Assembly (NCBI GenBank): GCA_028819215.1
Contig: JAPPMG010000077.1
Location: forward strand, 365-64,364
Direction of reading: 5' to 3'
DNA from: Bryobacterales bacterium
Lineage (GTDB): Bacteria; Acidobacteriota; Terriglobia; Bryobacterales; UBA6623
DNA length: 64,000 nucleotides
A model generated the notes under the pieces. That model ran no database searches. It worked only from the letters and a program-made list of their open reading frames with translations, and was not told the origin of the DNA. Position numbers and translations under genes: made by a program. Positions 49,549-59,699 of this stretch are shown piece by piece; within the stretch, counting starts at the first letter, position 1; every line of letters starts with the position of its first letter.

Positions 49549-51141
49549 CTACGGGAAGAGGTTCAGGTCCTCCGGTGGCGGGTCGTCGGGCTCGACGATA
49601 TCCCCCGTGCCATGGTGCAGCAAGTCAACGAGGCTTTCTGGATGGCTCGGCACCGCGCTTTCTATGGCCGCCCGCACACCCGCTTCCATTGCGCTCACTT
49701 CGGCGTCGCTCAATTCACTGAATTGTTGTCGCTTGCGCTCTGAGAGCCGACCGCCGTTCTGCATGCACAGACGCACGAACAGAGAGGCGCGCCGATCAGG
49801 CATCTCGACCACCTGGCGCACGGCACTAAACGCTTTGTCGAAGATCGCCACGAAGTTGAGCTCCTCGACCAGGTCTTCGCGCAGCGTGTCCTCGACCCGA
49901 TCAAAGAGATACTCTGCGTACCGCGTCGCGTCCATGTAGCGATATTGGTCTGCGGTGTCATTGTCGACAACCAATTCCAAGTCAGGCGTCCAGTGCCAAT
50001 CGATGTAGCGCGACAGCGGCTTCGAGAAAGACTGCAGCACGGAATCATATTCAGGAAGGTTACGCACGATCGACGCAGAGATCGGAAATATGACCCCGCT
50101 CGGGCTGTAGCCGAGCTTCGACAGCACATGATGGAGCAAGAACCTGTGGATCCGTCCATTGCCATCTACGAATGGATGGATGAATACGAACGAGAAGCCG
50201 ACGACGGCCGCTGCAACCACGGCGTGGAGGTCGCTTCTAAGAACGCGTTGCGTCATCGCTGTCCAAGCGTCCATGAGTTCTGGAACGTCCTGCGGGCGGG
50301 GACACACGAAATCTACGTGCTCGCGGAAGCCACCGCGGGTGCGCCCTACAAAGACTTGGCTACTGCGCCAGTCCCGCGCCGCGTAGCGCGGCTCCACGAT
50401 GGTTCTCTGTAGATCGACCAAGGCAGACTTGTCCGTGGCATCAAATTCGGCGGCGGTGGTGAGGGCCGCCACGAATCGCTCGGCGCGGGAGGACGAGGCA
50501 GTCTCTCCCTCGATCTCGAACGTAGAGCGAGCCTCCTTCGAGTAGAGGTAGTTCACCGCTCGCGTGAAGGTGATTGGGTCAACGCTTTCGAAGAGGCTCT
50601 TGGCGTCTTGGTCGAAGTGTTCCTGTATTCGATCCTTCAGACGCCGGGTGCGCCGGACCGTGGGACAGAAACCAGCAGTGCCCAGCAAGTTATCTGTCAC
50701 GCGGTGGCGCCGGGAACGTTGAGGAGAGCCGACGAAGTGCTTCTCGGCGTCCAACAGCGGAACGTAGTTGCCGATGCGGACGTCCTGCAGATCCAAGGTC
50801 TTACCGGTGAACGTCTCGTACAGGTACCACGCACAACGACCATATCTGCCCGTCGGTTGACTCCTGACCCACGCTTCAATGTCTGTCGGAGCGATCACCC
50901 TGAGCGCAGCGACCAAGAGCCCAATGTCGAACGCCTCGTTACGTAAGGTGAAGCGCAGGTGAGACACGGCTGTGTCTGGGGTCTCATACCGTCGGGGGTA
51001 GAATTCCAGAACTTGACTGCGATCGAACTCGGTTCGCCTAGCGCCTTCCGCCAAGTAGCTCTCGACGGCCGGACTTGGCACGTTTAGGCCCAACTCTTGT
51101 CGGAGCCAAGCTTGGCCCATTGGCTGGTGTAGGGTGGGCAT
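49549..51141 (-). CDS. Fic-family protein
   Basis: HPFVDGNGRIHR canonical motif; STFEIEGE. Confidence 0.92.
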   Translation of the reverse strand: MPTLHQPMGQAWLRQELGLNVPSPAVESYLAEGARRTEFDRSQVLEFYPRRYETPDTAVSHLRFTLRNEAFDIGLLVAALRVIAPTDIEAWVRSQPTGRYGRCAWYLYETFTGKTLDLQDVRIGNYVPLLDAEKHFVGSPQRSRRHRVTDNLLGTAGFCPTVRRTRRLKDRIQEHFDQDAKSLFESVDPITFTRAVNYLYSKEARSTFEIEGETASSSRAERFVAALTTAAEFDATDKSALVDLQRTIVEPRYAARDWRSSQVFVGRTRGGFREHVDFVCPRPQDVPELMDAWTAMTQRVLRSDLHAVVAAAVVGFSFVFIHPFVDGNGRIHRFLLHHVLSKLGYSPSGVIFPISASIVRNLPEYDSVLQSFSKPLSRYIDWHWTPDLELVVDNDTADQYRYMDATRYAEYLFDRVEDTLREDLVEELNFVAIFDKAFSAVRQVVEMPDRRASLFVRLCMQNGGRLSERKRQQFSELSDAEVSAMEAGVRAAIESAVPSHPESLVDLLHHGTGDIVEPDDPPPEDLNLFP

Positions 51142-51522
51142 GTCAGACTGCTAAGTGTTGAGCTTCGGCAACTCGGCTTCGCACACGATTGACGAATGTC
51201 AACCAAATCGCTCTATTGCAATTCGTCGCCCAACGGTCCTTTTCGAATGATAATACCACAAAATAGATTAGATATTTCAGATCAAGACACAATTTGTTTA
51301 CTGACACTAGTTTCTTGTGTTTTTCCCTTTAGCTGACTGCCAAAACGATTACGCATCGGAAAAAATGATTAGAAAAGGCTGTCTGCGTGATTTTTCGATT
51401 ACGAACATGCCCGCACCGGCACATCTTAGCTGGTCGACACGATCCCGCTACGCGAGATCCGGGGCTGCGCCGTGCGACCCGACGAACCTGCCCGAGACGC
51501 GATGGATGGTCGGGTCCGCCGT

Positions 51523-52059
51523 TTAGCTCCAACCCTCGCGCTCGATCAGCCGCTCGATATGCGCGAGATGGTGCTGGCCGTGCCAAGCATACGTGCCGAT
51601 CGTGACGGCCAGCGTCGAGGGACCCGACTCCGGGTGAACGAACTCGCGCTGCAATTCCGGCCAGCGCAAGCTGCGCAGCAGGCGAACCCAGCGACCGTGG
51701 AGGGCTTCGAGCAGGTCGAGCGAATCATCGATCGGTCCACGCGAGTCAGCAAGCGCGGCCCAGCCCTTCTCGTCGTAGGCCTTGATCAGCGGCCGTCTCT
51801 CGGTCAATGCCCACTTGAACCGAATGAAGCTGTTCATATGGCTGTCGGGTAGATGGTGCACAACCTGCCGGACCGTCCAGCCGCCCGGGCGATAGGGGGT
51901 GTCAAGCTGGCTCTTCGACAACCTGTAGACGACGCGACGAAGATCGGCCGGCAGCGCCGCAATGTCGTCGATCCAGCCGTTCACCTCGTCTGGCATGACT
52001 GGTTCGGCGGGCAAGAATCGCCCTATCGGATATCGGAGGTCAGGAGTTTCTGGGCTCAT
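51523..52059 (-). CDS. YfiT/DinB-family (bacillithiol transferase-like) protein
   Basis: LRYPIG, LDTPYRPGGWTVRQVVHH, YAWHGQHH; AGGA RBS. Confidence 0.9.
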   Translation of the reverse strand: MSPETPDLRYPIGRFLPAEPVMPDEVNGWIDDIAALPADLRRVVYRLSKSQLDTPYRPGGWTVRQVVHHLPDSHMNSFIRFKWALTERRPLIKAYDEKGWAALADSRGPIDDSLDLLEALHGRWVRLLRSLRWPELQREFVHPESGPSTLAVTIGTYAWHGQHHLAHIERLIEREGWS

Positions 52060-52685
52060 AGATTCCTTTCGAGAAAACACGTCGGGAAAGCCGCCAAGGC
52101 GTGCGCGAAGAGGTTTGGTGCTGGGCGCGCCACTCAAAGGTCAAGCAAGGGTTATTGAGGACAGCACCACCATTACAGCACGCGGGTAAGACTGGCAGCC
52201 TGAACCCGTATCAGCTCTGCTCGTTGCAACAACCCCTAAACCCCTCGGTCCCGGCTCGTCCGGCGTCGGACAAGGCCAGTAAAACCATTCGCGGAGAATT
52301 TGTGCGACAATGACAGGTAGGCGCTTCCCTTCGCGTCGCCAAGCACTCTGAAGCCGGCGACCCACATGGTCGCTAAGCTGGCGAAGGATGCGCCCCGTCT
52401 AATCACCGTCCCCACCGTCAGGCTAGCCCGAGCAGTCTTCATTCAGCTCTTCCACCGTGGAAGAAAGCTAATGGGGGTCGGGAGAGCGTGCAGGGGATGT
52501 ACCCTCCAAGTCGTTGCCGATGGCCACCCCTCGTCTCACACTTACCGTGCGCTGCGGTGTCGTCCCATCTACTGGACCCCGGCCTAGACCCCTCGGTTTA
52601 GCGGCAGCACTCGCCCCAAGACTCTGCTCTGGCCTCTCTGGCCGGCCTCTCCGGCCGGCCTGCTGAGCCCGCAATAGGAATTCCC

Positions 52686-53903
52686 TTGTCATTCTCTACC
52701 ATCGAATTGCATCCGACGCTCTTGAAGAGCGTGGCCGATCTGGGGTTCACCACCCCGACTCCCATTCAATCGCGCGCGATCCCTCCGGCCCTCCAGGGGC
52801 GAGATCTTCTCGCCTGCGCGGTCACGGGAAGCGGCAAGACCGCCGCCTTCTTGCTCCCCATTCTGCACCGGCTCGTGGATCTGCCTCGGGGCACCACGCG
52901 GGCCCTGGTCCTAGCACCGACCCGAGAGTTGGCTCTGCAGCTCTTGGAAGATCTGCAGGCGCTGGCGCGCCATACGGGGATCAAGGCCGCGGCCGTCTAC
53001 GGCGGCGTGGGCATGGGTCCGCAAGTGAAGGCGCTTCGGCGAGGCGTCGACGTGATTATCGCCACGCCAGGGCGCCTGCTCGATCACTTCCAGCAAGGGC
53101 ACTCATCCCTGTCGGGACTGCAGTACCTGGTTCTGGACGAGGCGGATCGCATGCTGGACATGGGCTTCCTGCCTGACATCCGGCGCGTGCTCCGGCACGT
53201 GCCGAGACCAAAGCAGACGCTCTTCTTCAGCGCCACCATGCCTCCGCCGATCGAGGTTCTGACCCGTGAAATCCTCCGGAATCCGGTGAAAATCTCCCTT
53301 CAGCGCAGAGCTGCTCCGGCCGCCGGCATCTCTCAGGCCCTCTATCCGGTTCCCCGCACGCTCAAAGGGACGCTCCTGGTGGAGTTCCTCAGGGGCGGCC
53401 GCATCTACGACGCACTGGTCTTCACCCGGACCAAGCACCGGGCGGATCGGTTGTGCAAGCTCCTAGTCCGAAACGGCATCGCCGCCGAGCGCATCCACGG
53501 AAACCGGTCCCAGGCGCAGCGCACTAGGGCGCTCGCGGGATTCAAGGCGGGGAAGTACCGGGTGCTGGTGGCCACGGACATCGCCGCGCGGGGGATCGAC
53601 GTGGAAGCTTTAGGACATGTGGTGAACTTCGACGTCCCTTCCGTAGCGGAGGACTACATCCACAGGGTGGGGCGCACCGGCCGTGCCGAGTCGACCGGAA
53701 GCGCCATCACACTCGTGGCACCGGACGAGGAGTCCGACATCGGCCAGATCGAGCGCGCTGTCGGATCCAAGATTCCAAGGGAGCGCCTGGCTGGCTTCTC
53801 ATATGAGACTGGCGAAGGAGGGGCGCCAATGGCGGTACCTCCTGCCAAGCGCATTGCCACGATTCGATCCAGGAGGGCCGAGCGGCGGAAACGCGCGGCC
53901 TAG
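52686..53903 (+). CDS. DEAD-box RNA helicase (RhlE-like)
   Basis: PTPIQ, TGSGKT, PTRELA, DEAD, SAT, ARGID, HRVGRTGR. Confidence 0.95.
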   Translation: MSFSTIELHPTLLKSVADLGFTTPTPIQSRAIPPALQGRDLLACAVTGSGKTAAFLLPILHRLVDLPRGTTRALVLAPTRELALQLLEDLQALARHTGIKAAAVYGGVGMGPQVKALRRGVDVIIATPGRLLDHFQQGHSSLSGLQYLVLDEADRMLDMGFLPDIRRVLRHVPRPKQTLFFSATMPPPIEVLTREILRNPVKISLQRRAAPAAGISQALYPVPRTLKGTLLVEFLRGGRIYDALVFTRTKHRADRLCKLLVRNGIAAERIHGNRSQAQRTRALAGFKAGKYRVLVATDIAARGIDVEALGHVVNFDVPSVAEDYIHRVGRTGRAESTGSAITLVAPDEESDIGQIERAVGSKIPRERLAGFSYETGEGGAPMAVPPAKRIATIRSRRAERRKRAA

Positions 53904-54009
53904 CGAAAACTAAAGGGAATCACTGATCTGCGTGCCGCAGACGTTGAGTCGCATTGCGATGTGCGCCGTGCACAGCGGGGTACACGGGATCCTCCTAGGT
54001 CCTGATCGT

Positions 54010-54233
54010 TCACGTCAGTGTCGTTCCGACCAGACCTCTTGCCAGCTGCCACGTTTGCCCCCGGGGCCCGCTGAACGCACGTGGTACCGAACGCGGAATT
54101 CGGCGAAGTAGCGTTTCACGTGCTGCACGCTCATATGGTGGTAGGTGCCGCAATATCCGCGCTTGAACAGGGCCCAGAAGAACTCGATGCAATAGGTTTA
54201 CACCTTGCCACGCCCGTACTTCCCGGCCGAGTG
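54010..54233 (-). pseudogene. C-terminal remnant of an IS1595-family transposase
   Basis: HSAGKYGRGKV*TYCIEFFWALFKRGYCGTYHHMSVQHVKRYFAEF, then a frameshift to ...GLVGTTLT. Confidence 0.75.
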
Positions 54234-54243
54234 GAGTGGCTCC

Positions 54244-55005
54244 TCAATCCCCGCGTCCACGATCGAGGGCATCGCAGGCCGCCAGAAGCTGTCGTGCGTA
54301 AGCCTCGGCCGCCAGATGAACCCAATCGTTCTTTACCTTGAACACATAGAACAGACCGTGCATGGCGGTCCAGACGAGACTCGCCCACCACTCCACACCA
54401 ATCGATTCAATATTGGTTAGGACGCCTCCTGTCCAAGAATCTAGAACAACAAATACGAGGCACGTGATCGCGACCGCGTCGAGCGCAAGCGCCCAAGGCT
54501 TAAGTGCCCACACGTTTCGGCGAAAGCCATAGTTGATGTTCTCGCGGAACAGCAATGCGAATCGTGCGCGATCCCTTGTCTGCGTCAACAACCAAGATGT
54601 CGCGCTTTCATATCCTTCCTCGGCTAGTCTCGGATCGCGCCGTTCATCTTCTGCGGATGCCAGCTTCAACCCCGGAACTGCGCGGACCAAGAAGTTCCTA
54701 TAGCGCTCCTTTGTGACATTGGTGAGTCGGGAATCCGAATGGCGCAGCATGGCTACCGAGGGTTTCCCTCCCCACGATTCAAACAGACCGGGTTCCAGTA
54801 CCTTCCCTCTGTCTCGACCGGCTTGCGTCATAAACATCGCTCCGCCGCAATACAAGGCCAATCCGCCCACTGCGGACCAGATGGCACCGACTTTGGGGAT
54901 CAGGAGGACGCTCGAGATGATTAGAGGCAATGCGCAAAAGAGTGCAGGCGCGAGCCGAGCCTTGCGGTCATATGGGTCGAATAGGGAACTCAGATAGCTG
55001 GACAT
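54244..55005 (-). CDS. Multi-pass membrane protein, putative effector
   Basis: About four TM segments around a soluble loop; overlaps the E2-E1-JAB gene. Confidence 0.7.
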   Translation of the reverse strand: MSSYLSSLFDPYDRKARLAPALFCALPLIISSVLLIPKVGAIWSAVGGLALYCGGAMFMTQAGRDRGKVLEPGLFESWGGKPSVAMLRHSDSRLTNVTKERYRNFLVRAVPGLKLASAEDERRDPRLAEEGYESATSWLLTQTRDRARFALLFRENINYGFRRNVWALKPWALALDAVAITCLVFVVLDSWTGGVLTNIESIGVEWWASLVWTAMHGLFYVFKVKNDWVHLAAEAYARQLLAACDALDRGRGD

Positions 55006-57293
55006 TCTGTTTGGCTCTGTGTCCTTGCAGTAACCGCGTGAAAGCTAGTGGGTGTCGCTATCAGAAAAATGGAGGGGGTCAGCCGCGCCAACGCTACTGC
55101 TTTTGCAGTCGCGCGATCCTTCGCCGAGGGACCGCTCGATGTCGGGTGACTGTGCCATGTACCCAGACAGTAGAGCGACCAGTCAACACTCTCCGAGTAC
55201 TCCAGCACCCTTTGTCGTAGGCCCTTCGTACCAAGGACGAACTCGTCGCGCGAGCGGCGGCTGTCGTCCGGCGCGTCTAGGACATCAATGACATGAGCTA
55301 CTCGCGAAACCTCTGAAAGCCTGCCCATCAGCACACCCCCGGTTTCGACATCCGGCCAGCGTGCAACTTCCTCCCTTATCTTCGATACCGCCCGAGCATG
55401 GACGTGAACGTGCCACGCTTCTCCGTTTCTTGCCCTCACTATTGTCGCTGCGGGAACCTCACGCGGGCACCATGTCACACCAAGGCCATCCTCCGACAGT
55501 CGGCCTATCAGGATCTCGCCATTTTCGACCGGCAGTCCCTGATAAAGCTTGGCTAGGATGTATTCGGATATCCCGGCCGCGAACAGTGACAGCCGTCCAT
55601 CCGACATAGCCATCGTCAAGGAACCGCAGCCTTGACCAATGCTTTGGCGAGATGCTCCATCGCCCCGGTCGAATACCATCGATCCGAGGTCCGGGTTCTC
55701 GCGAAGAATCGCGTAGTACTCCGCCATCAGATCTGTAGTACTGGGGTTCCGCTCCGGCCCCTCAACTGTAATCACCCCGACGCGGCCGGCCGCGAACAGC
55801 GACGTTTCGACTACCCGTGTGGGAATCGCCTTGCTAGCACCAAGGGCTTCGCGGACAGCCAATGAGGCCGTCGCGTTCACAACTGCAAACGTGTGCTTGG
55901 ACCAAGCCCGGCGAGCTTGCCCTCCGTCCATCGCGATGCGCGCTGCATCAGCTTGAATCGGCACCGCATTCTGGCCTAACCCGCTGATGGCACTCGACAA
56001 CTTCGAAGACTTCGCACCGGACCAAAATATTTGCATTTCGCCTGAATCCGGAACAAGCGCATGCCGCGCCGCATTGTGCGGTGCCAATAAGGACCTGTCG
56101 AGCACTACGGCCGGCCCATTCCCAGAGCGAGCGAGATGGAGCGCAAGCTTGGAACCAAGACTGCCGGCGCCAAGAAGCGTCCATCGAGGCCCTTGCGCTT
56201 TGGCCCCACGGCCCGCCATTTGAGCGAGAAGGTCGCGAGAAATGCCATGACGGTGCGCAGCAGCGCGAACAGCGGTCGCCTCACCCTCGGCAAATAGGTC
56301 GGGTGGCCGCACATTGACGACGTACGGGCACAGTTCTATAGGATTTGAGCTTCCGATCACATTGAACGGCCGACGGACCAGAATTACTAGTGCGAGCGTG
56401 AATGGTCCGGCGGGACTGTATCCCGACAGGCATGTTCCCAGCCAATTGAGACCATCAAGTAGCTCCGTCTGGCAGCCGTATAGCGCCGCACGGTCCTTCA
56501 GACTCCCAACATCGCACACCGTCTCCGGAAGATAGGTGTCACATACGATCGGGTCCCCTGAGGAGTGTTTGCCCGGCCAGACAGCCAGTGCGAGACTAGT
56601 GCCCCGACGCACCTGCGAATCGCCGTTGGGCGGGGATTCACGAAGAATCTTCTTGATCGAGCGGCGATTGAATGGGACCTTTTCGCTTGATATCCAGCAG
56701 TGAACAACTGTCGTTCCTTCGGCGGATGGAAACTTCAGATAGTCCAGTCTCAGGAATCTGCGTCCGCCATGCCGGTCCACCAGTTCCTGCAGCTGTCGAG
56801 AATCGGCAACGACAACATCCTGAAGGGAGTCTCTGCGAACGGGCTCCCAGCCTTGCGCGGGATCGATCAGTGTTCCTAGAGCCGCACGTTCGAGCCAGAG
56901 AGCGGTCTGGTTGAGAATTCCGGCTAGCCCTTCCTGATGAAGCAACTCCCGCAGATCGCCGTCATAGATGCAGGGAACTGGCCGACCGTCGATCAGCCAG
57001 GGCATCATGTGCGGAACTTTCCGGGTGAAGTCATAGCGGAGGGACAACTTCGGCGACTCCATGGGGAATCCACGGGTAAACTCAAAGCGCACCGCTTCAT
57101 GCAGCCTGACCCCTGAGGGGCTCTCACCTCGCTGCCGCCACTCATTGGGCAGGTTGACTTCGAAAGTCACATCGGCGATGACGGTCTCAGTCTGATCATT
57201 AGTGATAAGCCGCCCGACTTCGCGCACCGTAGGATGCCCGGAGATCAGAGCCAAGGCCCGCTTGACCACATTCCTTGGGCCAGAGCGACTCAT
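54990..57293 (-). CDS. E2-E1(ThiF)-JAB triple fusion (Cap2/Cap3-like)
   Basis: E2 PH...PVPCIY; E1 LGAGSLGS, HNAARH, NATAS, GQGC; JAB ETGG...WHSHP..GPS..D; ATGA overlap with the MBL stop. Confidence 0.9.
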   Translation of the reverse strand: MSRSGPRNVVKRALALISGHPTVREVGRLITNDQTETVIADVTFEVNLPNEWRQRGESPSGVRLHEAVRFEFTRGFPMESPKLSLRYDFTRKVPHMMPWLIDGRPVPCIYDGDLRELLHQEGLAGILNQTALWLERAALGTLIDPAQGWEPVRRDSLQDVVVADSRQLQELVDRHGGRRFLRLDYLKFPSAEGTTVVHCWISSEKVPFNRRSIKKILRESPPNGDSQVRRGTSLALAVWPGKHSSGDPIVCDTYLPETVCDVGSLKDRAALYGCQTELLDGLNWLGTCLSGYSPAGPFTLALVILVRRPFNVIGSSNPIELCPYVVNVRPPDLFAEGEATAVRAAAHRHGISRDLLAQMAGRGAKAQGPRWTLLGAGSLGSKLALHLARSGNGPAVVLDRSLLAPHNAARHALVPDSGEMQIFWSGAKSSKLSSAISGLGQNAVPIQADAARIAMDGGQARRAWSKHTFAVVNATASLAVREALGASKAIPTRVVETSLFAAGRVGVITVEGPERNPSTTDLMAEYYAILRENPDLGSMVFDRGDGASRQSIGQGCGSLTMAMSDGRLSLFAAGISEYILAKLYQGLPVENGEILIGRLSEDGLGVTWCPREVPAATIVRARNGEAWHVHVHARAVSKIREEVARWPDVETGGVLMGRLSEVSRVAHVIDVLDAPDDSRRSRDEFVLGTKGLRQRVLEYSESVDWSLYCLGTWHSHPTSSGPSAKDRATAKAVALARLTPSIFLIATPTSFHAVTARTQSQTECPAI

Positions 57294-58462
57294 CGTCCAC
57301 CCTGGCCATGGGCCAGCGGCTGTCGACCGATCAGACCGGATCCCAGAATCGTTGGACCTCCCATGAGTGCAGTCTTCTGGCGCAATCCATGAGCACCGAT
57401 CTCGAATTCCATCACACCGGGAGATTTTTCCGACGGGTGCTCGCCCACGCACTTGAAGGCGCCTGCCACGTCCCGGACGATTTCCTCGTACTCCTCCTTG
57501 GCACGAACGCACGGAGGATCGTTATCGTCGTCCTTGATCGCGTTGCTGCTCGCGATGATCGTTGCACCAGAACGCACCTGGGACAGAGCCTTGCGAGCGT
57601 CCATACAGATTTCGGCCGCTTCGCGTTCCTCACTCCAACTGTCGTAGGACAAACTGTGCCAAGAGCAGTGGTGCGGAGAGAGTAGTACGTCATAGGACAG
57701 CCAATCCGCACGCCAATAGTGACGATTCCAGAGTTTCTCCCAGATCGCGACCTCCGCATCTCCGCCGGTAAGGAACCGGCATTTGTCCCAGATACCACCG
57801 CCCGCCAGAGAAAACCGCAAGATTGTGCTGGAATTGTTCTTCGAGAGGAGGTTCTCGTCGTCATCGTCATCCGTAGGGAGTGGGGCAAGCAGTCGGACAT
57901 TCATGGTCCCATCGCCTTTTCCGTTCACCCGGGAGAACTCCTCGTCGAGTTGAATCAAGATTTCTTGGAGATCATCCGTCTTGCCGTCCTCGTCTTCGCC
58001 AAGAATGAGAATGCGATCACCGTTTCCCACCAGCCATGGAGTCTCTCGGAATATTCGCACTCTCCGACGAGCCTCCGCATTGAAGGCTTTGGCATCTTCG
58101 CAAAGCACGTGATGGCGCGAGGCGCGCCGAAAGACCAGCGGTGAGGACCACATCTCGCGGATCAGGATCTTATCCGCCGATTTTGACCATTTGTCAGGCG
58201 GCCCTAGATGAAAGTGCTTCTGCAACCCGCGACAGTGATCCTCATCGGGATGACTCAGGAGCAATGCATCTACGTAGAGCCGCCCCAAGCCGTCACGAGT
58301 CAGCTTGCCGCGCAGCATTGACGCGACATCAGGCGTGTCGTCGTCAGGATCGTCGGCTGCTGCCCGAATATTCATATCTATCAATATCTTGTGACCTCCC
58401 TCTGTCTGCACGAGCGTCATGTCTCCGTTACCGACCGGAAAATACGAAAGGTTCGCAGTCAT
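57290..58462 (-). CDS. Metallo-beta-lactamase-fold (ComEC-like) hydrolase
   Basis: FPVGNGD, SHPDEDH, NNSS, GGDAE, HHCS; GGAGG RBS. Confidence 0.88.
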   Translation of the reverse strand: MTANLSYFPVGNGDMTLVQTEGGHKILIDMNIRAAADDPDDDTPDVASMLRGKLTRDGLGRLYVDALLLSHPDEDHCRGLQKHFHLGPPDKWSKSADKILIREMWSSPLVFRRASRHHVLCEDAKAFNAEARRRVRIFRETPWLVGNGDRILILGEDEDGKTDDLQEILIQLDEEFSRVNGKGDGTMNVRLLAPLPTDDDDDENLLSKNNSSTILRFSLAGGGIWDKCRFLTGGDAEVAIWEKLWNRHYWRADWLSYDVLLSPHHCSWHSLSYDSWSEEREAAEICMDARKALSQVRSGATIIASSNAIKDDDNDPPCVRAKEEYEEIVRDVAGAFKCVGEHPSEKSPGVMEFEIGAHGLRQKTALMGGPTILGSGLIGRQPLAHGQGGR

Positions 58463-58524
58463 TGCCTCAACCTCCATTTCAGAACCCTGGGGCGGTCCGC
58501 TGATATGCGGGCACACCCTCTCGA

Positions 58525-58587
58525 TTTCAACCTTGCTGTTGAAAACCCCTATTTGACATAATAGAGAAACGGGCTGGCTTTTGTCAA
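58525..58587 (-). promoter_or_regulatory. Sigma70-like promoter and palindromic operator for the MBL operon
   Basis: Minus-strand TTGACA(58587-58582)-N18-TATTAT(58563-58558); TTTCAAC-N6-GTTGAAA at 58525-58544. Confidence 0.6.
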
Positions 58588-58610
58588 CTACGGCAAGGGA
58601 GGAGCGAAAC

Positions 58611-59699
58611 ATGACTGTTGGTCAACGTATCCGGGTGTCCCGCCATGCTTGCGGGCTCTCTCTCCGCGATCTCGAAGCGCGGATCGAGAGGCGCGTAACG
58701 GCTCAAGCGATCAGCAAGTATGAGCGTGATGAGGCCACGCCCAGCACCGGTGTCCTCATCGCGTTGGCGGATGCGCTAAGCGTATCGGTGGAGTACTTGG
58801 TGAGCGACAACCACATCCGACTGGAAGCCGTGGACTTCCGAAGGAAACAAGTGACCAGTAGGCGGGAAGAGGCGCGGGTCCGAGCAACAGTGCAGCATCT
58901 GCTCGAACGCTATCTCGGAGTGGAAGAGACTCTCGGTCTGCCGTCCTCCGCATTTGACATGCCGCGAGAAGCCCCTTGGCCGGTCCTGTGCGACCCATCC
59001 GAGGCAGAACATGCGGCGAGAGGGCTGCGTGCATACTGGGGTCTCGGACCCGGTCCGATTCGTAATCTCGTCGAACTCTTAGAGGAACGCGGCATTAAGA
59101 TCTTATCCCTGAGTCTCACCAACATTGACGGGCTGACGGCAAGGGTGCACCGCGCAGGCAGAGGTGTCGCGCCCGTAATCGTCGTCAATCGAGGAGACTG
59201 GGGTGAGCGGCAGCGCTTCACGGTTGCGCACGAACTCGGCCACTTGGTTCTGGATGCTGCACCTAGAATCGACGACGAGAAGGCCGCCCACCGCTTTGCC
59301 TCTGCATTCCTTATGCCAGCTGAGATGCTCCGGGCCGAGATCGGTAAGCACCGCAAGTCCATAGGCTGGAGCGAACTCTTTGAGTTAAAGCGGATTTTCG
59401 GTGTGAGCGTGCAAGCCCTCACCTACCGCTGCAAGGATCTCGGGATCTTTGGAAATCCCCTCTTTCGACAGCTCTTCAACGAATTCGACCGCCACGGTTG
59501 GCGGAGCCCGCCATACAAGGAGCCTTGGGCATTGACCGGCGAACAACCTCGGCGTTTCGAACGGCTGTGCTTTCGTGCCTTGGCCGAAGGAGCAATCTCT
59601 AGATCCAAAGCCGCCGAAGTGCTCGGACACTCGATCATCGAGCTGAGTCGGCGAATGGACGAACCACCAACCCTCGAACCGGTGTCTGCTGGGACCTAA
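58611..59699 (+). CDS. XRE-family HTH fused to ImmA/IrrE peptidase
   Basis: N-terminal HTH (LSLRDL...ISKYE), RFTVAHELGH, A.RFASAFLMP; GGAGG RBS. Confidence 0.9.
   Translation: MTVGQRIRVSRHACGLSLRDLEARIERRVTAQAISKYERDEATPSTGVLIALADALSVSVEYLVSDNHIRLEAVDFRRKQVTSRREEARVRATVQHLLERYLGVEETLGLPSSAFDMPREAPWPVLCDPSEAEHAARGLRAYWGLGPGPIRNLVELLEERGIKILSLSLTNIDGLTARVHRAGRGVAPVIVVNRGDWGERQRFTVAHELGHLVLDAAPRIDDEKAAHRFASAFLMPAEMLRAEIGKHRKSIGWSELFELKRIFGVSVQALTYRCKDLGIFGNPLFRQLFNEFDRHGWRSPPYKEPWALTGEQPRRFERLCFRALAEGAISRSKAAEVLGHSIIELSRRMDEPPTLEPVSAGT

Noticed and set aside
52141..52685. Riboswitch or leader RNA upstream of the DEAD-box helicase
   Set aside because: Only short GC-rich hairpins and a brief acccctcggt repeat; no recognisable family
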